A stretch of 64,000 nucleotides of DNA. Origin: Octopus bimaculoides (Eukaryota). Positions 49,398 through 62,900 of this stretch are shown piece after piece. Made by a program: the position numbers and the translations under genes. The notes below the pieces were generated by a model. The model was not told the origin of the DNA. It made no database searches and saw only the letters and a list, made by a program, of their open reading frames with translations. Location: assembly GCF_001194135.2 (NCBI RefSeq), contig NC_068985.1:29462864-29526863 (forward strand), read 5' to 3'. Positions within the stretch are counted from its first letter, which is position 1; every line of letters starts with the position of its first letter.

Positions 49398-50609
49398 CTA
49401 ATTAGAGGCAGATGTCTCAAGTTAAAATGCATCCTCTGTAGTTTTTTTAAAGGATACTGAAAATAGTCGTACACTTAAGAAATTTCTCAGTTGCCCCAAT
49501 AATTCTGAAAACTTATCAAAGTACAGAAACATTTTCAAGTCTAAAGCTGTTCAAAGCATGTATATTAGATGAAATAGTGACACTTTTGCCATAGATCACA
49601 TTTTGGAGAAAACTGCCTGGCAACTGAATCAAAATGAAGTAATTACTAAAAGCATCTATTTAAGATTTGAATCTATTTGTTTTCTATTTCCTCCAGCATG
49701 GCTACATTTTAGCTGTAGAGCAAATTTTTGCTGCTGCAAGTAACACAAGACTTTATGTATAAAAATAATATATACACACAATCTTAAGTTGTTATCACTT
49801 AGCAGCATTCTATCTGTATCATTGCACATACACTTCACACTCATGATCTTGACCACTGAGAAAGATATCAGAGTGGTGAGAAAAACCAAATATATATGCT
49901 TCACATAGATAAGTGAAAGAAAGACAGTTGGAGATTACAGACACTATACTGTGAGATGAAAGAAAATAGAAAATGCTATGAGAGTAAAATGAAATAGATC
50001 ATAGTAAGTAATTATAAGCACAAATATTATAGACTATAAAACAGGAGATCTGTAGAAATGGAAACTTAAGAGAATAAAAAAAAGGTGAAAAATATGCAGA
50101 TGAAAAAATATTTACAAACAAATTATAACAGAAGAAAAGAAATAGGTAAAAACGAATGGCTTCAAATGATGATAGTAGAAAAAAAACTACACCTAAGTTG
50201 AAATTAGTAAGTGAAATATTTAAGTAATGATACTTTAGTTCTCAGTTTGTTAATAAGAACAAAATTGTTTACTCCTACCTCAAGTCCACACAGCACAAGC
50301 TGGATAATATTAATTAAAATCCTTGGTGTTTCTTTGGATCAATTTACTTCAGTAACTATCAAACAAGTTCATCTTATTAATGAAGACAAATATTCATTAA
50401 TAGTACTGTTTTTTTTAATTTAAACCTCAACAAATCAGTTTCTATAGATATTATCATGAGCAATTTTTTGTTTATATAAATCTTATCCTGTTTAATTCTG
50501 ATAACATTCATTGAACTTTAACACTCACAGTATATTACAATACTTTCTGAAAATGGCAATCTACATACTTTATTTAGGCTTATCAGGCAATATGCATTTA
50601 TTCTCAAGA

Positions 50610-50805
50610 GCCTGTACAAGGTCACTCAACCTGCTAGAAATAACAGACAAATATGAAATCATACCCTATCATTTTAGGAAGGAAGGACCAGTTGGATAAT
50701 GTGGTCCTAGGTTCAGTGTGCATAGGCCAAGGAATAACATGGTCATGACTGGAATACCTTTGTTCATAGGTCCGCTTAATTAGAGCTGACCTGGACTAAA
50801 CAACT
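50610..50805 (+). repeat. Dispersed repeat family D
   Basis: ggtcactcaacctgctagaaataacagacaaat...ggataatgtggtcctag...agagctgacctggactaaacaac. Confidence 0.8.
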
Positions 50806-51899
50806 TTTTTCCATGTTTTTCACTATTTCACAACATTAAATTATTTCTTATACAAGATTTTGTCATGCTTTGATTGCTCCTTAAAAGTAAAATTTCTAGA
50901 CAAATTATTCAATATAATTATATTACATTGTTGAGGTATGCGTAATTTATGGCTAATTGACACCAAAAGTACTAAAACCCATCTAAAAAAGGAAAAAGAC
51001 AGCAGTAAGACAAGTTTATGAGTAAACATTTGAGAAAACAAGCTGAATTGATAATGTGAAACCCTATTACTTACAAAATCTACAATATGCCAACAATATT
51101 ATCATTTAAGAGAAGACACATACTTTGTAATCATCCAGTCCACTAAAATGTAAAGAAGTCCAATGTAGAGGTGTGGAGAAGATGTGATAATTAGTGTTTC
51201 TTTAACTAATTGTATTGTTGATATAGAATGCATGTAAATTAGTTTTAATCTTGTTTAATTCAACCAAAACGTCTCGAAATGTTTTCCTATTAAAAGTGAT
51301 TTTTTTTTTTTTTTGTAACATAGTTTTATATACCCTAAGACATTCCAAGAGACATTTTGAACAACTTCATTACATTTTTCAATGAAACTAATTAAAAAGA
51401 TAGAAAATAATCACTCAATTTAATTTAGAAACTTACTCACAGGCAAAATGTGTAATTCTTAGTTTTGTAGCTGTTTCAAATAGCTGACAAAATATAGCAG
51501 GATTTCTATGGTTCTGAATGTAAAATGTTATTACAATCGCTTTTTAACAAGACATCCTATCAAATGTCAATGAAGTTCTATTTCATAGCACTGAAGTGGA
51601 GTAGTATCAGTTTCTTCATTAGGACTATTAAAGCAAAACACAATGCATGGTCAGTGTTATTGTTTACACCAGGTCACATTAAACAGTTGTTTTTGTGTTC
51701 AACCTTTCCAAGTAGTCCTGTTATCAAAAGCATTCCAACTATAACCACTACATTCTTTTTAAGCATAGTAATATAGTTTGTTTTTTTTTCTTTAAGTTAG
51801 AAGAGTACAATTTGCACAAAATTTGGTTTAGCAGGATATTTAGCAGATGATAAGCATATCACTGATGGGGGCATTTAGTAATGACTGTTAAGTGCTTCT

Positions 51900-54230
51900 T
51901 CTTTTTTTTTACCAATGCCTGGCAAATCTGTACTTTCTAATTCCTCTTTTGCTCAGCTCATCTACTCTCTGACTTGAATGCCAAGTAGATCCCTCAGCAA
52001 CAAGACCCTTCCACAACTCTGGATCAATGAAATCTTCTAGGGAGGCCTCTTGCCAATTCTTTGTAGCAAAAATGTGACAGATATTTGTCATTCATTCTGG
52101 CTTGGCTCTACATATAAAAGTATAGATGTTGGGTAATATCATGCAATCGAAGACCCCATTGTCTGGGACCTTGTCCTACTAACAAATGCATAGTGTTTTG
52201 TGCAGGCATTTGAAGTAGAATCTATTCTTGCTGTATATAGCTCAAGCCTCAATGGCTTCCAGTCAAAGTGACAGAACAATGGCTCTGTAGACATCATTTA
52301 GAGAATAAGTCATATCATTACCCATATATTGTATCAATGTGTGCTATAGGCAATGCTGGCTTTAGCAATTTTGATGTTGATCTCATTGTTTATCCAGAAG
52401 GTTCTTGAGAGGGTGCTGCCTCAACAAATTCTGTCTGACCTACACATGCACAGAAAAGTTGACATTAACCTGAAGGTGAAAGTCAAACAGTTAACCACAA
52501 GTTATGTAAACCTGTCAGCAGCTAGAGTGTGATCCCTGCCTGTAATTGCAAGTGATAAACAGTCCTTGTGAGCAGCTGGTTGTCATATGACTTCAGTTTT
52601 CTTTGTGCTCATAAGGATGTCAAAAAGACTACAAGCAGAAAAGAACCTGTTTGCGGCACTGCTAATTCTCAAACTGAGCCTCCATTCAGAGCAAGGTCAT
52701 TTGTAAAGAACACACACAACATATTCTCTTCTTTCATTTCACCTAGGAATTTCCAGAATTTGAAAGGCCCGGCATCAGTGTGACATTAAGTGACATCCTC
52801 TCTACTGTGGATTACATCAGTCAGCATGACTGAAAACATAATGCTGAAAAGTGCTGGTGCTTGCACACAACCTTGTTTAACACCATGTATGACTTAGAAT
52901 GCAGCTATCAACAATTACCCTGGCATACAGGCCCTCAAGAAATTACCATAAGTGGCCAATACACATGACAAGGCATCTCTACTTGGGCATGTCTCTCCAA
53001 AACCTTTCAAGACTAAGAGCCAAATGCTTTTGTAAGATCAATAAAAGTCATGTAAAAATTTAATTATTGCTCCCAACACTTCTTCTAAATGGCATGCAAC
53101 AAAACACCAAGTTGAATGCACTACAACCCTCTATAAAACAGTACTGGCTCTCAGGCACAAAGCCCTGTTCTAATTGGACAAGCAGCTGGTTCAACTTTAT
53201 TCAAGTGAGGCTCTTCCCAGCAACTGACAACAAAGATATTCTTGGTGGTTATTGCAGAACTAAGCACTTTCCTTCTAGCACAGGTTGACTATTGCGGTGT
53301 TCTTTAAATCATGTGGCATGTTCTCCTGATGTCACATAAAGTAGAAAAACTTAGTGAGCTTGAGACAAGGCAAAGTTCACCAATCTTGTAGATCTCATCT
53401 TCAATGGCATCATGTCCAAGAGCCTTGCCACTGAACAGATCTCATACTGGGTAGGAAAGTAGTAACTGACATGTTACTACTATACAAGTAAGTCATTACA
53501 ACTTCATTGATAACAGTGGGGTAGTTCAGGACATTATGGAAACATTCCCATCCATCTTTCAAGGGTCATTTCCTTGTCTAATATTGACAGTACTGATTTG
53601 TTAGCACTTAGCAATAGAAATGAGCCTAAAGCCTGTGGGTTGTACAGTATATGCAGCTCTTAAAGTGTCAAAGAAATATCTGAAATTGATGCTTCCACCA
53701 TGGGACATTTTATCTTGGTTTAGTTTGGAAGAAAAGGGTGTATCTATGGCTTTCACAAAGCCTCTAAAACCATTGAGATTAATCTGTTAATTTTTCTCGT
53801 GAGCAGTTACAATCCAACAGATGCAGAAGAAATATATGCGGAGAGGAAATTCTAGAGTAATGTTCTCAAGAGGAAGGACTTGGTGAAGTGGCTAGTGTAG
53901 GGTTTGGGAGGGATTGACACAAGATAAGTGACATGAAGAAGAGAGACAAGAGTTAGGAGTGCCTGAGTGGAGGTGGTATGAGCACAGCCAGTTTTGAGGA
54001 ATCCTGCTTCCATAGGGTAGATCTTGAGCTAACAACAAAAATAAATTTATGGTTAGAAACAATACATGCATGTGATGTACTGGTCCTGCTACCATCAATT
54101 TTGATGTATGAGAGTTATGTTACCCAAGTAACTGGATGACTTATTCATTGAATTAGCATGCAAAGTGTCAGAATATTCTGCAGACAGATGTATTGTTAAG
54201 ATAATTCTCAAGTAGAATCAATGTGACAGT
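51900..54230 (-). mobile_element. Decayed RTE (BovB-like) LINE: late APE, RT and C-terminal regions
   Basis: GVKQGCVQAPALF (52845-52885), DDVT motif near 52795 and C-terminal ASLEDFIDPELWKGLVAEGSTWHSS; many stops and frameshifts. Confidence 0.85.
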
Positions 54231-54640
54231 CCGACAAAGATGAACTTCTTAAATTACAAGTACAATTTACTTGAAAGGTTTCTACACAGTTTCCCTCAAC
54301 CCATTTACATTCACAAGGCTTAAGTAATCCTGTGGTTATGGTAAAGGCACTTGTCCAATATGCAAGACAATGAAATTGAATCTAAGACCTCACAGGTGTG
54401 AAGCTAACTTCTTCACCATTCAATGATAGTTGCATCTGACTTGAAAAAATATGTATATATAATTCAAATTTGGCTTGAAAATATATAAATATATTTTCAA
54501 GTTAGTTGCAAGACAATAGATCATGCATCAACCAAGAAAATCTGAATAGCAGCGGTATGATCACCAGCTTTGTACAAATAAATATACTCTGCAACATATA
54601 ATGAGTATTCTTTCCCTTGTTTATAAAACAAAAAACGTTT

Positions 54641-54844
54641 TTTTTCTTTTATTTGTTTCAGTCATTTGACTGCAGCCATGCTGGAGCACCACCTTTAGTT
54701 GAACAAATCAACCCCAAGACTTATTCTTTGTAAGCCTAGTACTTATTCTATCGGTTTCTTTTGCTGAACCGCTAAGTTACAGGAATGTGAACACACCAAC
54801 ATCGGTTGTCAAGTGATGGTAGGAGGGCAGACACAGACACACAA

Positions 54845-54892
<48 letters not shown>

Positions 54893-55055
54893 GACGGGTT
54901 ACTTTCAGTTTCCGTCTACCAAATCCACTCACAAGGCTTTGGTTGGCCTGAGGCTGTAGTAGAAGACACTTGCCCAAGGTGCCACGCAGTGGGACAGAAC
55001 CCGGAACCATGTGGTTGGTAAGCAAGCTACTTACCACACAGCTGCTCCTGCACCT
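54641..55055 (-). mobile_element. SINE family A, full length, low divergence
   Basis: Reverse complement of 43652-44060, with (TA)n at ~54853-54890. Confidence 0.95.
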
Positions 55056-55079
55056 ATGAAAGGTGCAAATATATGTATA

Positions 55080-55195
55080 TTTGTGATGCATACGGATGAG
55101 AGCAGCTGTGTAAAGAGTGCTGATCACTCAATGAGAATGAAGCTTGCAGGAGAGGGACCCAGGAAGACATGGAACAAATTGGTAAAGTTGTAGCT
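55080..55195 (+). mobile_element. RTE C-terminal fragment
   Basis: VMHTDESSCVKS...GPRKTWNKLVK. Confidence 0.65.
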
Positions 55196-55879
55196 TCAGG
55201 TACACTGTAGCTATAACCAAAACATTCAAATGACTTAATTTATTAGTATCTCATTGACTGGTTAAATTGTCATTTAAACTGTAAAATACTTAATATTTAA
55301 ACAGCTAATGCTTAAAAAAAAATTTTTAATTTGCATTTGAAGTATAGCATCTTATTACCTTACATTTTATTACTGCAGTTCATAGAATTTTTTAAAACAT
55401 GCTGGAAAGTTTAAAATTTGCACAACTTCTACAGAAATTGATTAAAACTCCAACATGAAACATCTGAAAATTTAATACTCTTAAAAGGAAACAACATTAT
55501 TTTTCCAACTGAAAGTGTCATCTGGCATAAAATACTTTTATAAGAAAATTTATCATTCCTCTTATAACATCTGTTTCAAAATAATACTTACAAATAAATA
55601 CTACAAACACTGACAAGACAATTGAAATACTGTAGATCAGCAAAATTTTGTGTTACCAAACTTAAATTATGGAAATTACTGAAAATCTAGTAAGTGACAC
55701 ATCACATAAAAATACAGGATGATCAACCTTAGTGTAGACATTTGTTTTACTTAAATTTAAATTTAATTTGTTTTCTTATTTCAGAAATTTAATATTTTTA
55801 ACTAATTTCTACTTGAAATTTAATATACTTGAAGCTAGTATTTAAGCTGATATGAATAGAATAAATAAAGCAATTGAAG

Positions 55880-56690
55880 GGCTATTCAAGAAAAGGAAAA
55901 CTCCTAGCAGGGTTTTCAAGATTTTGAAACCCAATGTCAGCAGATCAAGAGTCTATAAAGTAATCAAATGAATAAAAGAAACCAGTTCTTGCTTACCAAG
56001 AGTGAGAACTACTCCACCTCAACCAGTGAGAACTCAAAAACTCATCAAAAACACCAAAGGAAAGATCAGGCGTAATCCAAAATGAAGCAATGAAGCATCA
56101 GAAAACTCGCTTCAGAAGCTGGTACAAGCTATGGAGCTATTTATAATTTATTGAAAAAAATGATCTTCAATTATTCCCATACAAGGTATCAAAAGCATAT
56201 CTTTTGTCTCAAGCCGCAAAGAAAAAAAGACCACGACCTCAAATGGCATGAAAACCCCACTAATCTTCATTGAAGAGGGTGTAAAAGTCAACCAGCGTTT
56301 ATTTGGACATGTTAAAAGATAAAGTAGTCCCTTAGATTATTGCAACAATGGGGGACAAAGGTGTGACCCTCCAACAAGCTGGCACAACATCTCATATGGC
56401 TAAAAAAAAGTCCAAGAATGGTGTCAAGAGAATTTCAAGGCATTCTGGTCAAAAGAGCTCTACCCCCACCCCTCTTCACCTGACCTGAATCTGATGGACT
56501 TTGGCATATGGTCTATCCTTGAAATCAAAGCCTGTGCTAATTCTCACATGAGTCTCAGAGCTCTTAAACATTATTTGCGAAAATGCTGGAATGAAATCTC
56601 CAAAGAAACTGTTCGTGCCACTTGCTCCCAAGTTGTTCCCAGACTCCAATAGGCAGTTTCCACCAAGGGTGGATATATTGAAAATTAAAT
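55880..56690 (+). mobile_element. Decayed maT (DD37D-like) transposase
   Basis: Frameshifted QQ.GTTSH..KKVQEWCQENF..FWSKE..PSSPDLNLMDFGIWSILE.KAC...WNEISKETVRATC...KGGYIEN*. Confidence 0.8.
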
Positions 56691-56771
56691 ATATCATCTT
56701 AATCTGGGCTTTATTTGAGCATATTTAAATTCAATGTATCATTTTGTATCAAGATGCTATTTGAATAAATC

Positions 56772-56985
56772 CAGGGTACAGCAGAAAGGTTGCCCCATTT
56801 CAAAGGTCAACAAAAAACAAACACATGAAGATGCATGAAAAATCTTTGTATTTCTACGAAGTTCATTAAATGCCATGTTTTTCTTTTTTTTCTGTTTCAG
56901 GTAGTACCCACCATGGCCTGTTGTGTCTTCATGTGTTTGTTTTTTATTAACCTTTGAAATCAGGCAACCTTTCTGTCACACACTG
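56772..56985. mobile_element. MITE with ~60-bp TIRs
   Basis: cagaaaggttgcc..atttcaaaggt.aa.aaaaaacaaacacatgaaga is inverted at both ends; CAG start; TA at the right end. Confidence 0.8.
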
Positions 56986-57120
56986 TATATGTCTACATTT
57001 CATCTGATCACCTTGTACAATCACAACATTACTGTAGTTTCTTTTTGTGCTTGTGTGAGCTGAATTTTTCTACAAATCCAGACCATTCTGCATCTTTGGA
57101 ATGCAATTTGTATTATTAGA

Positions 57121-57450
57121 TAGGTGCAGGTGTAGCTATGTGATTAAGAAGCTTGCTTCCCAGTAATGTCATTTCAGGTTCATTCCTAGTTAGGCAAGTG
57201 TTATCTAATATAGCCCTAGCCCAACTAAAGCTTTGTAAATGGATTCGATAAATGGAAACTGAAAGAAGCCATCATATGTTTATGTGTGTGTTGATGAATG
57301 TGTGTGTATGCATATTTGTATTCTTAACATCATGTGATGGCTGTAACCAAGCATCTCCATCATACATGTAATGTTGTTTGTTTCCAGTTCTCCATGAAAA
57401 TCATGTTTGACCATGGGAAATATTTCCTTGCTTGGAAATAGGATGGGCAT
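57121..57450 (+). mobile_element. SINE A2, decayed
   Basis: A-type head to ggaaactgaaagaagcc, (TG) tract, then the alternative body. Confidence 0.7.
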
Positions 57451-58172
57451 CAAGCCATAGAAGTCAAACAGTTAACCACAAGGTTAAGAATTGAATTTAT
57501 TACTGGTAATGTCAAAAACAGTAACTTGCCTAAAATTACACCTCAGTGCTTATGACAATGTTTGGATTGAATGATATATAAGTAGAACCATCATCAGGAA
57601 ATTAATCAATATTAGAATATAATTGCATTTCAAAATAAAATGTCATTTGCTGGTATACATTTAAAGTGGAAAGAAATCATTACTAATTTGTTTGCTTCTA
57701 ATGTCACAGACAAGAATAGTTTTAAATTTTGCTTTTTTTTTTTTTTTTTTTGTAAAGATGGACAAAGTTATTTAGCAGGTCACCATTTTGAATCACCAAA
57801 TAATTTTCAAACTACTGTTTAAGCCAGTTAATAAGCCAAGAATAAATAGTACCTTATGAATAGTGATTTTATCACCTTAGTAACTGTCATTTTTTCAATT
57901 TTAATTGTATATTTCTTGTTTTTTGTTTTTTTAATACAAGTGACTAATTACATGTTACTGTCAAGCAGTAGGAGTCGCTAAATTCTTACAATCTTGACAG
58001 TGAAAAATAGTAATAATATGTTCAAACTTTTAGATCTTAACATGATGTCATACTATTCAGAAGTGTAGAGAATCAAAAATAAAACTTCAGTATTGAGAAT
58101 CATAACAATAACTAATTTATTACAGTAATATGTTTCACTAACCAAGCTACAAGATGATGATGATGATGATGA

Positions 58173-58620
58173 TCATCATCATCATCATCATCTTCATCAT
58201 CATCATCATCATCATCATCAGCATCCAGTGTTTTAAATCCAGGTTTTGTCCCCGTTAAGGGGGGTGGCCGAGTCTACCTCAGTGCCAAAGCAATCACCCT
58301 CACACCATCTCACCATCTCGCCCAGTTTTTGGTGTCCTCCTTTTTCAAACCAACCCTCCCAATCTCCTCCTCTACCTGTCCCCTCCACCTTTTCCTCAGT
58401 TACCTCGCTTTCGTGCTTCATTTACCTCAAACGAAATCACCTTCCTCTTCATCCCTCCTCTACACATACCCATACCACCTCACTCCATTCGCCCTTGCCA
58501 ACCATTCCACTGATTCCTCCAACACCAGCATTCCCATCATCAAATCCTCAGTTCTCCTCTTATCAAACAGCTTCATCCCACACATTTCTCTCATTATTGC
58601 TCTCTCAGTCCTTCGCAAAA
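58173..58620 (-). mobile_element. RTE 3' end with (GAT)n tail
   Basis: Minus-strand ending ...VRVIALALR*TRPPPLTGTKPGFK followed by a (GAT)n tail. Confidence 0.75.
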
Positions 58621-58794
58621 ATTGACATCTCAATAGTATAAATTCAGTAATGAAAGCTATGAATTAAGAACATCAATGATTAATGAAAAGTGATATAATA
58701 CACGGCTTCAAGCTATTCATCAATGCAGTAACAAGAGTAAAAATAACAGGGTTCTTTTTTATCTTTGATGTTAAGTGATATTATCTGAAGTTGT

Positions 58795-59090
58795 TTTCAG
58801 CTCTACTCAGCCATGATTTAACAACCCCAAGATAATCCATCCTTAACCATATTTTTCATTTTATATAACAAGGATCATATTATCCAATGTATCTTTTTCA
58901 GTCCCAGGACAGCCCTGTGATTAAGCAGGTCTATGATCAAACATTTTCCGGTAATGGCCATCATGTATTGATATCAGACAATATGTCTAAAACTATATTG
59001 TCTACTACATCTATGCCTCTTTTTTTAAGACGTGTGTAGATGAATGTGTATGTGTAGGCTGTGAATTGGGGGATATGTGGCTGTTATTTC
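58795..59090 (-). repeat. Dispersed repeat family D (one or two decayed copies)
   Basis: Reverse-strand ggataatatgatcc, tgatcatagacctgcttaatcacagggctg and ctgttatttctag motifs. Confidence 0.65.
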
Positions 59091-60639
59091 TAGTAAATCA
59101 AGCGATTGTGCAGTAGCTCATTTGTCTTATAGAAGTCCTTGCTATGGAGTCAATGTAAATATACTAAAGTTCATACTAACAGCAAGAAACTTTCAAAATT
59201 TAACTCTAGTTCACAAAAGAAGGGCTTCTTTCTTATTCAACACGCAAAAATGAATTTCAAGAAAAGATATCTAATGCATGTATCAGAACTGATATACAAA
59301 TTAAAAGTATATTGAAGATAAATAAATAAATAATATGACCAGTATTAACTCAATTAGAGATATAAATGTGTAGTTGAATTGAATTTGAATTAAAATGATT
59401 GATGGGCATTCAGTCATACACACACACACACACACACACATGTTAAGGGTGTATTACATCATATGTGTGTTACATAAATGTCACACAAGATCAGAGATGT
59501 TAAATTTTATACATATTTTGTTACTGCAGTGACATGATATAATCTGGTTATAATTAGTGTTCAAATCTAATAATATACATCCCAAAACCAAAGATTAAAT
59601 CAGCTTGAAGCAGTATTATATATATAGAAATAGCCTAATGTTTGTATGTTTATACATATACCAGAATAGTAGGATCAGCGGGATAGCACACACTGCGACA
59701 GCAATCACCATATGCCAATGATATTTTATGTATATAATCAGAATGAATACTGTCACTGATGGCCAATGTAGAAATAGGTCAAAGAATTAATTATCTAATT
59801 AAGGTTGACCTAAGAGATGAGAATGATAAAATGTTGCAAGGAATCTTAGGATAGTATGGTTGAGTAATGAAAAGTGATGAAACAAAATTTTGGTTTAAAA
59901 TTCTCCTGAGACTCGTCTGAGACTGCTCCTGGTTCTGATACGAAACTGTCCATTTTAAAGTGTTTGCATTTAAATTTAAACTTTTAATCAACATTTATAT
60001 CAAGTTATATTTGAAAAACAGCAATTGGATAATAGCAAAGTTAATTATTTTACAAAATCCCACCAAATTCTTCATTATTTCTAAAAGTAATTAAGTATTT
60101 CATTAGATATATGATTATAAAATGTTCAAGAACAATTCAAAGATAGAAATATTGGAAATTTTTAAAACATGTACCAGATTTGTCACATCCATAACTGAGT
60201 GGAGATTAGAAATGAATCAAATAAATAATAAAAAGAAATAGCTACAATAAAATATTTTTCTTTCTAAATTTCTTCATGGCAACAGGGCATACTTATCTTT
60301 CAAGAAACCTTAGAAGCAGCAAAAAATTTCCAAGTTGCATACTGAAAAACTTGTTATAGTAGTTTTCAACTCACATTAAAATTCAGATAGACAAGTGAGT
60401 AAATTTATAACTATAGAGTAGCAATTCAGCATGCTTTGTTTGCACATATACAGTAAACATAAACAGTACAAAAACAAATTTTAAAAACATATAATGTTCC
60501 CACACAAGTACGCATATAAAAACAAATATCCCTACAGAAACATCCTAGATCATCAATGCAAGCAGAAAATTCATTTGAAGTGGTAAATTCTCACTAAAAT
60601 GAACATAGCTGCGAATATATATACAAGAACACTCACCTA

Positions 60640-61600
60640 ATGAGAAGAGAGGCTTCTATACGGTCACTCAACCTGTTAGACATAGCTGTCAAATTTCTCT
60701 CAAATTTTAATTCTTTACTATTTAAAAAAAAAAAATAATAATGGGAGGATACATAGGATAACACAGTACACTACACCTGAAAATAAGACAGGATGGTTAT
60801 GACTCAAGGACCACTAATCATAGATCTGTTTAGTCAGGGCTGAACTGAAGATGCATGACAAAAACCAGACAAACAAGAGAGTTTTTGCACAGGCTCTTGC
60901 GTTGGTAGAAATAGCAGCCAAATCTCCCTCAAATTACACCCTACTATCAATTAAGGAAAAGGGCATATTAGATAATGTGGTTTTATGTAACCCTAGAAAT
61001 ATGGAAAGGTCATAGCTGAATAGCTTCTGATCACAGTTCTGCCTAATCAGAACAGTAATCAGAGTTGACTGGTTCTAGACACAAACAAATGTTTTATAAT
61101 TCTTCAAAATCTTATACTTAAACAGTTATATAAACCTGACCATACTATAACAAAGCCAAATAAACAAAACTTTACCAAACTAGAACATAATTTCTGTCAA
61201 CAAAATATAAATCTACTCTGGTAAATAGTGAACAGAACAAAACAAAATTACTATAATAATCAAATAAAATCATCACCATCAATAGAAAACTGATAGTCAG
61301 ACCAAAAAAAAAATGAAACTTGTAACCAACTTGCAAAGAACCATTTATTAAATAAATAAACACAGATAGATACATTAAACAATACAGAGGAAAACAATAA
61401 AGCTCTATAGGAATAATGAAGAAATCTTAATGACATCACTCAACTTGCTGGAAATAGCAACCACAACTACCTCAAAAAACAATTTATCAGCTTAAGAAGG
61501 CAAGAACACATTGCATTATGTAGTCCAGGGTACACTATGCCTAAAAAAGCTGGAGTGGTTTGGGCTGGAATACCTTTAATCAGGTTAACAGAAGCAATCA
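60640..61600 (+). repeat. Three family D copies (60640-60860, 60880-61085, 61430-61600)
   Basis: cactcaac.tg.t.gaaatagca.cca....cctcaaa...ggataatgt.gt recurs three times. Confidence 0.8.
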
Positions 61601-61789
61601 AAACAATATCAGTTAAAGAAATAAGCCCAAGTATGTCCAAAGGTCAATATCAGCAATAAGAATAACATATACACCTAATAGAAAATCACTTAAAAATAAT
61701 ACATATACAACATAAAAACTTCAACCCTAAGAGACAATGTATATTAAATAACTCCATCTTTTTGAAAAGGAGAAATTTATATCATCACC

Positions 61790-61920
61790 ATTATCATCAT
61801 CATCATCATCATCATCATCATTTAACGTCTGTTTTCCATGCTAGCAGAGTGTACTGGGTGCTTTTTATATGGCACCACCACTGATGCTTTTGCTGACACC
61901 AGCTAAGTGCTGACACCAGC
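61790..61920 (-). mobile_element. SINE family C 3' fragment with (CAT)n
   Basis: catcatttaacgtctgttttccatgctagc...gtgtactgggtgctttttatatggcacc. Confidence 0.75.
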
Positions 61921-62089
61921 ACTTAGCATTTAATATATTTTCAAAATTATCAAATAAGAAATAACACTCAAATTATCAATACTTACTTACATAATGGAAC
62001 TACAGAAAATACAAGCACATCAGAATCCTGACAGCTACAATGTATACACCCACAACTATATACAATCAAAATCTTTCATGCTATGATCA

Positions 62090-62900
62090 TACTTGCCACA
62101 CAGAATGTCACACAATCAAAGATATGCGCATTATACACACTGCACTGGAGACATGATGTCCTGGTCTCCTTTACCAGCACCAAGATATAATCATAATCAT
62201 TACAATCTAACAAAGAAGCAATCTGGTAACACTACACCTTTCCTACACATTAATAACACACAAATAAAAGTCATAAATTTACTACAATTGTTGGGCTTCA
62301 CAATGTCTGATCTTTTTCGTGGTGGCTATAGATGTATAACAGAGCCAAACTGCATCCCAAAAGCTATGCTCTTCTTCAGAGGCATAAAATAATTCAGTTG
62401 CTGACTCTCTGCAGTGCATAAATGTGACCCATATTAAAATATCATTCTCATATCTAGGATGATGCTGCTGCTGCACACACACACACACACACGCACACAC
62501 ATACCACATAGTGGTATGTCCTGCATTATAACGGCGTATCTTCATTGTCTGCGTCACTGGCCCGTACAGTGTACTTCACCAACTGGCACTGCTTGCTGTG
62601 TCTGTCCACTATTTATCAGTAGTGGAACAGCCCACTTCTCACTTGGGGGCATCTGCCACAACATATACATACACATATGTACATACACAAACAACGGTGA
62701 TGAACGACGATGATGAAACATCCTAGACTTCATTCAAAACAAGGTTATCCAGCTGACTTGCAAAGAGTCATTCACCTACACACTACAACCACTAGCTTAC
62801 ATGCATGCAGTTTCATCTACCATTACTATAATGTCTTTTACACCTCTGAACTTTGCTGTGACCTCCACCAATCCCACCAATACACCCATCTTTCTTCTAT
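62090..62900 (+). mobile_element. Highly decayed LINE RT remnant (CR1/L2 group-like), interrupted by microsatellites
   Basis: TPFLHINNTQIK..LLQLLGFT resembles the late RT domain (L.LLG); downstream pieces resemble the C-terminal region. Confidence 0.5.
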
